Positions 49,901 to 59,604 of a stretch of 59,604 bases of DNA are shown piece by piece. Position 1 is the first letter of the stretch, and each line of letters starts with the position of its first letter. Source of the stretch: Catajapyx aquilonaris (taxonomy: Eukaryota); contig KZ538668.1 of assembly GCA_000934665.2 (NCBI GenBank), forward strand, positions 1-59,604, written 5' to 3'. Position numbers and translations under genes: made by a program. The notes under the pieces were generated by a model, which saw nothing but the letters and a program-made list of their open reading frames with translations, was not told where the DNA came from and searched no databases.

Positions 49901-52900
49901 TTTCTTTCTCTCTGCAGGAGAAGAGGGGGAGGGGGGTATAAAGTGGAGTTAAGTGAAGAACCATCTACTTCGGATATTGAAAAGTGTTTGTAGTGCAGAT
50001 TTTACTTCTCCTCGAGAAGAGACGCAATGGGTATGAACTCAGTCTTATTTTCTCCGACAGCGTGGGCAGCTATCAGCAAAAACTCATCGTGTCAATCACT
50101 TACAAGTTTGAAGCTGCCATTTCCCCCTTGTCACCCCATCCCTCGAACCCCTAAGTAAACCAAGTGAAGTTAAATCGCTTATTCCGACAGAGGAAAGTAA
50201 AAGAGGTGACCTAAGTTGCGAATTTCTACCACAAAATTGACCTATCCGATTTGAGCAATAACAGTTCCAGTCCTCTTGAGTACCTAAGGTATGTGCCTGC
50301 AATTCCAGGTAAAGTTCTGCTGATTAGGCCACTAGGATACTATCTGAGGTTCATTCAAATTGGCATGTGATCATATATGCAATGATAGAAGCAAAATATT
50401 CGCCTTAGTGAAAAGAAACTGAATAACCACATGTTCTTCATGTACATTGTATATAAATTCTCAAAAAATGTACACCTGATGCTTAACTTCCATGTATTAT
50501 ACCAGAACAGAATATAAAATAATAATTGTTTCTCACACTTAGTTGTACCGGTAGTCCACAAAACTAAGGACATGCAACCAGGCTTGCAACAGCATGTCAT
50601 AATATTGCGATGCACTCGTCAGTAATTGGTTGCAGCATGTTGCCCTTAGGTGACCCCGTGAGAGCAGCTCTTATAGAAAGCTGCGACTGTCCACATGCAA
50701 AGCAGCAGTACATCTAAATAATTCAACCTCCTTCAACACCATCATTAACGTCACTAATGCGCTTGCAGCACGTGGCCCCCTGCCATATATCTCGTCCTAG
50801 GAATCAAATGTAAACCGGCCGTAAAATACCATCTCACACACGGCCCCGTTCCCTGCCACTCTTTCCAGCTTGTTTGATTTAAAAAGTACCGTACACCACC
50901 ACGCCCCCTTATGCCTGCAAATTACGCAAGCACCCCGTTTTATCCCCCCGGGTCTCGCCCCAGCCGTCTATATAACCTCACCAATTAATAAAAAAGAGGT
51001 CGCTTATCCCCCACCGCGATAACTCTCTGACCTCCGCCGGCTTGACCTCTTAATTATTTCATTTGCACAGGAAGCTCGCATTTGTAAATCAAGCACGCTG
51101 CAGGAGACCCCCCCCCCCTCCTCACTACCTCCCATCCCACCCACCCCAACCCAGGTCAAAGCTCCAGCAGCCTACCAATAAGTGTGCTCTGCAACCGGGG
51201 GTCACTTTCATCTAGCGGGAATAAAGAAAAAAATCCCCCCCTGGATAACATAATCCCCCACATTTTTCACCCTAACATTGCAGGCCTGATGGTCTGGGGC
51301 GGCGTGAATAGTTTATAACAAGCCAAACCCCTGGAATTGGAGCTGAAAAGCTGCACAAGGAATAAGAGGATTAGAGTTTGGGAGAGTTAGTGTGTTACAC
51401 ACACATAAAAAAAAGCAGAGCTGGACCGCGACCGCCTCCTCTTCAGCCCAGGGCTAATGACTGGCGGTTCGTAGCACTGTGGACCGATCTTCACTATACA
51501 AGAGTCCTCTCCCAATTTGCATAAGGGAGCATAAAAAAAGCTCGATGACAATTTCACGCCCTGCTTGCCGGAAGCGGTAACAATCTTCCTGCCGCACACG
51601 GCCTGTGTAACAACCCAGGGCACCCAACCAGGAATTCATCCGTGAGACCTATAGTCCCGGAACCGATAGGAGTAATATCCAGCCATTATAGCATCGAGCA
51701 AACGAGGCATTGCTGCTGCTTACATGTCTCACTTTCTGATTTCCATTGCGCAACCTTGACTTCCCACTCGGTGATCCAATGGCCATGAACAATTTGGCCG
51801 GATTGTGATGGAGTAATAAAAGTGTGTGTGCGCACTCTTTTAATTGCATCAACTGGTGACGTCATATCGGAGGATGGTGCAAAAAATAAACCGCAGATTT
51901 GATTAACTCCGGCTGCCGGGTAGTTTCTAAGTGACTGGCAACTGTCAGGACTTGGAAATGGCATATATCAAGCAGGCCGCTCGAGTGAACAACCTTGGCT
52001 TGAAACGTCTCAACTCGCCCGTATACAGCAGATCGTGTCGAGGCCTTCACTATACAACAATTCATGGCAACTGGCAAGTGAGTGAAGAGCCACATCACTT
52101 GCGGGGAAAGTCGAGGAAAGTTGGCCCGTTCTTTAGACAGGTGCCCGGCGCAGGCATTTTATGAAATTTATTGCCCTACATCTAGGTCAGTCCCGTCCCT
52201 AACGAGCCAACTTTAAAAAAAAAATAATTACGTCAAACTTATGACGTGTCACACACCCATTAAAATTCAATTTACAGGCAGTATATCTGTCTTAAAAATT
52301 GTCTCCCCCATTTATCATTGCAGTATCTAGTGTCCCGTACCATCCACAGCATCCCACAACCTCACCTGACTAATACCATGCTGCAATATCCTCTTATCTA
52401 AGCTGCTGGCACTGTCTAATATCCCAACCAGCTAGCCAGCTCTAGATCGATACTATCATGTCTAGATGCTTACACAGTCAGGCCCATCTCCATGGCAGCC
52501 AGGTCCAAGAGTAGCTCTCGGCCATCTCCGCCATGCCCACTCTCTCCCGCCCAACTAAACGAAACAGACCTACCCATAGCACCCCCCCTTCTATACCACC
52601 CCCGCTGAAGGCAACCCACCGATTCCTGCTCCTGACACACTGCGCACAAACACATCTCCCTTCTCTCTCTCTCTCTCCTTTTCTTTATATTCCTCCAGCT
52701 TCCTTGGGCCAAAATCCCATTAGGACAAGGTTAATGACATTTGCTTTGTGCCCACGGCCATTCAGCTTAACACCAAGACAGGTGGCGGTTGCTCCTCCCC
52801 CGCACAACTCTTTCATATCTGCTTCCAAGATTTAAAACTCCGGTTAGGAAAAACCCTTCCCGGAATAAATTAATCTTCCAACCATCCCCCCCTCCCTTTT

Positions 52901-55900
52901 CTTTGCAGGAAAATTGGCCGCGGCTGAGAATCCCGCCGGCTAATCCGGGCAAAGTACCTCCCTTGCTCTGACGCCCTGAGAATAAGATGGGTAAGAATTG
53001 AAGGAGAAATCGTGCCCCCCCCCCCCCCCNCCCCCCCCCCCCCCCGGGCTCAGGTGCATCTATTGACTCGGATCAGATTCATGTCTCAGAATGTTACGAC
53101 ATGAGGACGTCACTTCCACGTCGCTCCTTGTACTTTTTGCACACACATCGACCCACTTTCCTCGGAATGCGCCAGGTTTTCGCGGTATCAACTCGGGCTA
53201 ATTCACGCCATCAGCAAAGGATTCGCTCGGATTAACCTCCCTGGAGATTTCGCGTCGGAGGCCCCCCAGAATTATGGTGGAAGGATCGCTTTTTGCCCGC
53301 AAAACACGCCACAAAGTATTACCCATGGTGGAGGGTCAAGTGATGGGCTGGCCTTTTCCGCAAATATGGGAACGTCTGACTCGGACGTTTATGACTGGTG
53401 AAATACACCAGAAGTGTCCGCATAGCCGGGGAGACAAGTGTCCAGGAGTTTCTGTGTCACTAGAATGGCATGCGGACATAATGGTCACAATGCAGTTGGA
53501 ATGGTGGAATAACCACTACTCAAAAAAAAAAAATGTACATGTCCAAAAAAAAAAAGCCAACATCTCCCTTATGTACAGATGCTATAAGTACCCCCTGCGT
53601 GTACACACGATATTATACATGCCGGAAAATTACCTGATAAGATAACCGCTTCCTTCACTTCACTCCAAACGGCGCATCGCCAAAATTGACACCCTTCATA
53701 TTGCGTGTGGACTATGGTTACATGCATCCATATCGTCATTGACCTATCAGCGTGTATGATTGGACAACTAATACATGTCGAGCAAAGGCTGCTCCACTAT
53801 CACTCTACCAAAGCCTGATATCATGGGCCAAAAACCACCCACCACCCTGCGCATCGACACCTTCCAAGCGGATATGACCATCCAACTAATGACACTGGGG
53901 GCCCCCCCTCACTTTGGCAAACATTTCATATCGGGCTAGGGAAGCTACGTTACGACCCACCTATTTAATTGCCCAAAGGCTGCGGTTATCAGAATGTAAT
54001 TCTGCAGTGTTAACCGAGGTGATCATGACCACGGTGCTTATCTGCCGCATAAGACGTGGGTTGCAAAAAAAAAATATTAAGTGTCGGAAAATGAACCGAA
54101 TGTAACTTTGCGATTAGAGGTTTGCAATTTTTTTTTAAGTGTGTAAGAGAGGAGGGCCCAAAGTACCTATTTAATGGCATCCTGAACACCGTTTATCATT
54201 GCGCAGAAAGATTGGGGGGCCCGCTTTTATAGAGTCGTTTTGGTCCCTTCTGCTTTTGTGCCTGGAGGCTATTAAATCGATATCAATGCTGTACATAACA
54301 AAGTGGAAACTTGTTCATCTCTCAGATTACTTTTTTTTCTCTCACTTCTTCCATCTTTCGGCCCTCTTTTTTTTTAAATAAAAAAAAGGAGAAAGGCGGC
54401 GCAGCTTTTTGGTTCTAAAGGCACTGCAGACAAAGGAAAGTCACCAGAAATCCTTCTCATTCTCTCCCAAGAAAACTGTAGGGGGGGAGCAATCTTGGCA
54501 AAGTCTCAAATGTGGCTGGGTTCACATTGTATCTCTTGTGAAGGACTTGTTTGCTTTCTACCCTTTTGAAGTCGGTTTTTATGTGCTCTCAAGTTTTTGA
54601 ATCTGCGAGTGCTTCTGATTGTACCCAATAATAGTGGTACTTAACATGCACCTCGGCAAGGAGGGAAAATCACCAATAATGTGCGGTTTATGACTGTTGT
54701 GGCACTAGGCTGAACATGTTATTACTCTGACCGCAGCAAGAACTACCTAAGCAATCTAGAAGTTAGTTGCCCTGTGGAAAGGAAACTGACCATGAAATTG
54801 CTTTCACCTCTTCCCCAATCTTGAAAGTGAATGTTACTCGCTTCAGGGTGCAAGACTTCACCAAAGCAAGCAGAGTTCTGGGAATCAGTTACTGGCCTGC
54901 AATAAATCAAGCTGGATGATGAGAGCGGGAGATTCGGCCCTTCGTTCATCCGGGGCTACTCCATATTCAAAAACAGTTTCCACAGAATAGCAATGAGCAC
55001 GTGTAAGATGTTGTGCAAGTCGTTATCGTGGGATGGGTCTTGGGGCTATGGATGGTACATGGCAAGTGGCAATTAGCATTCCATGCACTCTTTCAAATGG
55101 TAATGCCAAACATTGCCATATGGGAAATGGGCATACAGACTGATTAAAATTGGTTTCAAGCTCATGACCACAGCATAAGTAATGCATGTGTTTACAATAA
55201 CAACTGGCTTGACACTGCAAGGCTCAGTAGAAAATGTGCCTATGTGTGATTTAAAAAATAGATATAGGATAACATCAACTGTACCATTTTAAAACACCAC
55301 ATGATTTTTCTACATTTAAAAAATAAATAAATCTCCAATTGGCCTATGAGATACCTAGTCTACAATTGAAATCATATAATTTACCAGAACATACTGTCAT
55401 GAAATTAAGTCTTACAATGGGATTTAATGTATAAAACTATAATATTTAATAACGTGAGCCACAGTATTAGCTACTACTGTAGTAATATCAATGTATAAGC
55501 CCGTCGAATCCATATCAAGAATGATGTAATGGCTACAACCCCCATTATATTATCCACTAAAACATCCTGCTGAAATGATCCCTGACACAATAATTGATAA
55601 AACGACTAACAGCTGTTCACACAGCAACTTCTCTTTTCATAAGCAAACTCAAGGTGTCTATTAAAAATTTAAAAAACAAACTTCTGATGCTAGCTTGTGA
55701 TAAATAAGTGGCTCTGTGATCAGACCATAAATTGATACATCTCATTAGAGTAATTTTTTTTGTCAGAGTTATGGCGACCTGACTAGAAAGGCCCTGTGCC
55801 ACTCATTTCAAGTACTACTGGAATATGGTAACGAAACCTTATACGCAAGTAGGTACGATTGACGTAATTCAACCTAGCATTCTAGATTCCGGCTTGTTGT

Positions 55901-57616
55901 GACTCCCTTTTCGGTTGCCACATCAGCCCTCAGGTGAGATGCACCTGTCCACTTCTTGTAGCCTGTGATTCCAGAGCAAGGTCTTGCTTGCAGAGATGAG
56001 GAATAGTAGAACATTTTGTGCTGAATATATAATTCATGTGGTCCATATTACAAAATCGAGTATTATGTTCTGGCTCATTTTCTTCAAGCCGATCTTGTAA
56101 TCACTACAATGTGCCTATACATAAAATAAAGTCAGTAAGAATAGTATTCTTTTAAATTTCCCCTAAATTATAATGTAAGTCCAATTCATCACTCCAGTTG
56201 CCACCCTTACATTGCTGTCTGGTACGTTTAGTTTAGTCATGCAGATTAAGTACGTTATATAAGATAGAAAGATATATGCAATTAGGCATTACCTTCATAT
56301 ACGGAAGTAGTTTACTTCATGTTGCACAAAATTTAATACTTGATGATTTATTCCCCCTTCATGAACAGCTTGTGCATGGTTAAAATAGGAGCAGACAGAA
56401 TGGTACTGCAGCCAAAGTAATTAATGTATCAATAGGAGTAGCATGCAAGACATAATAGTTTCATTTGATTAGGTTGTTTTCAGTTGCATTATCACGCCAA
56501 CAAAAATAATGATGACAAAACGTCTTGTGACACATGACGTTAGCAGAGAATGAGCCGGGATTAATACAATTGGGCAAATGGGAGTTGTTGAAAGAACTCA
56601 CATGATGGATAGCACTTGCTGTATCTTCAAAGCTATTTTCTGATTGGAGCTAAACCATCCCCCACATCCCTAATCCAGGCAACTTGTGCATTTAACTCAC
56701 TGGTGTTCAAGACTCCTGTGCAGCACTTCAATAACCTGCTCAAGTTCTTTGATAAAAGGAAATGCGCTCATAAATTGTACAACACATGTGCTGGTCCGAT
56801 GCAATGTAACGTTCATCTGCTATCTACAGTGCTTAAAGTATTGAGGCAAATGAGGTGATTGACTTGCATCTATCCTCTTAACACTGGGTGTTTTGTCACA
56901 TCCTGCTGCGGCACAACAGTATCAACCATCACAGGCTGCATATTTGATATATCATTATGAGCTTGCTAGGGTTACTGACTAGCAAAAGTACAACTTTGCA
57001 AATCTAGAAAATTACATGGTGATTGCAGATCTGATATATGTTAATTTCGAATATTCAGCAAGGTCTTTGGTATGCAGATAAGGAAAATTATCCCTCACAA
57101 GCATGTTAAGAAATACAGGTATTGGCATGAAATATCAAAAGTCATGTGCCATGAATTGCACAAATGAAGATTTTTGATCATGTCCAAAATGCCAAAAATC
57201 CCGAACTAGTAGGCCTACATCAGTGTACCACTGATGTTCCATATGGGATCCCACTTTTTACAACAGTGTTTTTTTGAGTCAGTATATGTTACTAGATGAA
57301 TTTTTGATTCCTTCAGTTCTGATAACTCCGCTATAATGTCAGGAGGACGCAGTGGTCTACCGCTCACGCCACTGGCCAGCCATGCAGAAGGTCCATGGCT
57401 CATATCCCATCACCTTCACTCGTTTTGCTCTTTTTATGCTTTTCTACCGAGAAACGGGCAAGACTTGCACTCTCTATGCAGGTCCAAGAAAAAAAAGGTC
57501 TGGCTGCCTGAAATGACTACTCTTGGGAATGTTCTGCCGCCCAGACATAATTGCACAGCAACGCATGACCTCACGATTAATAAAGGTTCATGCCCGAAAG
57601 GGTACGTCAAACCCAT

Positions 57617-57667
57617 TCATCATCATCATCATCATTATTAATTATTATTATTATTATTATTATTATT
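57617..57667. repeat. Compound (CAT)n(TAT)n microsatellite
   Basis: Seen directly. Confidence 0.92.
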
Positions 57668-57978
57668 GGCTGCATTCCTCTTAGTATGCTACTCTTACAG
57701 TACACGTTGACACAGGCTGGCTTCACCTGCCTAACTGCGACTGACCTGACAACCTGAACATGATGACAACTACTCCGACCACCTGCTTGTTCCTGAGACT
57801 GTAAGTGCTGAGCCCCCCCAGGCCTGCACCATCAGTTGCGGCCATTCCAAATCCTTAGCCCTGCTGCACCCATGTGGGCCTTGAAGGAAGGCAATGGCCC
57901 TACAACTCCCCCCGTCCACAAGCAGCAAGGGGTCAGAGAGACCAAAAAAGGCAGGTGTTCACAAGGGTCCTTCCTTAC

Positions 57979-58272
57979 CTTCGCCTGTCCCTCTCGCTGT
58001 GTGTGGGGGTGTCCCTGTGGTGCCGGCGACGTGTGCCCGGGTGACGTGGGTCGCGAGATATGACGACGAGAGAAAGAGAGAGAGACGTGAGGTCAACAGC
58101 GCCCGCCAGCAGTCGCCATGTCACCACTGCTGCCTCCTCTTCTTCTCTACTTCCCTCCTCCTAGCCCCCTCTCCTCCCCCCTTAAAAAAAAGCTCCTCTT
58201 CCCCCTCACCTCCTCCTCGTCCTCCTCCCTCCACAACATTCACCTGCAACCTTGCGTCAGGGTTGCCAGACT
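57979..58272 (-). promoter_or_regulatory. Putative TSS and first non-coding exon (probably of the GalNAc-T gene)
   Basis: GC-rich island; arthropod Inr TCAGTC at 58274-58269 followed by TGGCAACCC; strong donor AAG|GTAAGG at 57978. Confidence 0.55.
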
Positions 58273-58808
58273 GAAACACCTCGCCGAGGAGAAGCACATT
58301 CGGAGCGCGGATTCAAATCAAAAGATCCCTCCCCATCAGTGTTAGTTTCATGCTCCAAATAAGTCCGGTCATTACCATGCTCGACATGAATTCCAACCCA
58401 GATTGTTGACCATCATATTTTATGCCAACTTGGTTGAATGCTGCCATAAGAGATTCAAAACTGGATTTTTAAAAAAAATTAAACTGTATTCAAAACTAAT
58501 TTAGTACCATATTCAGCGCACTCCTGCAGTCTAATACATCTCTGAATCAAACGAGGATGATATTGTAATTAGAAACCAAATATACTTGATAAAAATTCAG
58601 CAAGTAAGCTGATGCACGTTGTATTACATAAGCGAATTAATTACATGGTGTCATATAATTTTTTGGGCATTAGAAGAAATTATGGAGATGAGATTGGGAA
58701 TTACAAAACTAATTGACATGTTTCTGGCCAATATAGGCAAAGGGAGAATTATTGAATTGCAGGAAATTGTGAAAATGTATGGTAGCTTTGTATATAATTG
58801 GATCGGTA

Positions 58809-58809
<1 letters not shown>

Positions 58810-58896
<87 letters not shown>
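58810..58896. repeat. (GTA)n microsatellite
   Basis: Long perfect trinucleotide run; it produces the spurious poly-Val ORF. Confidence 0.97.
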
Positions 58897-59604
58897 TATG
58901 TTTAGTTAGTAGTAGTAGTTTAGGTATGGGTACTAAATGCCATATCTGTGTAATAATAATAAAGCTTCATAATATTATGCTTTTGTTCCTTGTAATCATT
59001 AAAATTTTACTCGGCCTACTTCATGATTTTCACGCAATAAAGCTCCTTATTAGCTCGCAATAAAAAGCCGCTGTATAACAACACTGTTCTGTAGAACCTT
59101 GCCCATAAAGTTAATTTCTATGATCCTCTCTCCAAATGTGCCGTTAGAAAGTGACGTTATAATAATTGTATAAAAATTTTAAATGCGATATACTGTTACT
59201 ATGCATTGCATTGTTGTAAATATATAACCACTATTCTATCAGTTTCGTTTCTTTACCATTGTAAGCTAATATCATTGGGTAATAGTTTTATAATTATTAT
59301 TTTGTTCAACTGCTCCGAGTGCTTCAGAATCAAGTGTTGTGACGATTACAGAAGCTAAAACAATATTATCACCGACTGTTACAACTTACAACTGAAAGTC
59401 AAAAGAAAACATTGTTTACTGATATACTGTATATGCTACAGCACGTTGCAAACACATTGCATAATATTGAGGTGCGTGACACCAGGACAAAATATGTGAA
59501 CTGCCCCAGTTAGAAATAAAAGTCAAATTTGTGTTAACCTATTACATGAACACGAGTCGGAAAAAAGACTGGAAAAAAAACATGAAGTGAAGCCCACCAC
59601 AATA

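Noticed and set aside
26000..57600. Numerous 60-180 aa ORFs in the ORF track
   Set aside because: Low complexity, many non-ATG starts, no domain motifs or coherent exon chain; consistent with intronic DNA.
58619..58909. Poly-valine ORF
   Set aside because: Translation of the (GTA)n microsatellite.

Overview
Eukaryotic (arthropod-like) genomic scaffold with one N-gap and short GT-AG introns. Nothing prokaryotic and no CRISPR, rRNA or tRNA was seen. Three intact protein-coding genes lie on the minus strand. (1) A spliced hAT-transposase-derived ZBED1-like gene (2403-4790). It is head-to-head with a decayed plus-strand THAP zinc-finger gene that carries two DHSY (HCF-1-binding-type) motifs. (2) A Pgant5/GALNT1-13-type polypeptide GalNAc-transferase (CDS 9512-16283, 629 aa). 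It has two tandem 181-nt mutually exclusive exons encoding alternative catalytic flexible loops, and the flanking introns contain two long-range complementary stems that each link a 5' splice site to the next 3' splice-site region. (3) A single-coding-exon, catalytic-domain-only PARG with a non-canonical GYGETGTQEE signature loop (24068-25429). It probably sits inside a ~41-kb 5'-UTR intron of the GalNAc-T gene, whose putative first exon is at ~57979-58272. The rest is non-coding, with MITEs, a Tc1/mariner remnant, an RTE-like SINE and microsatellites. All family assignments come from motif recognition, not database searches.
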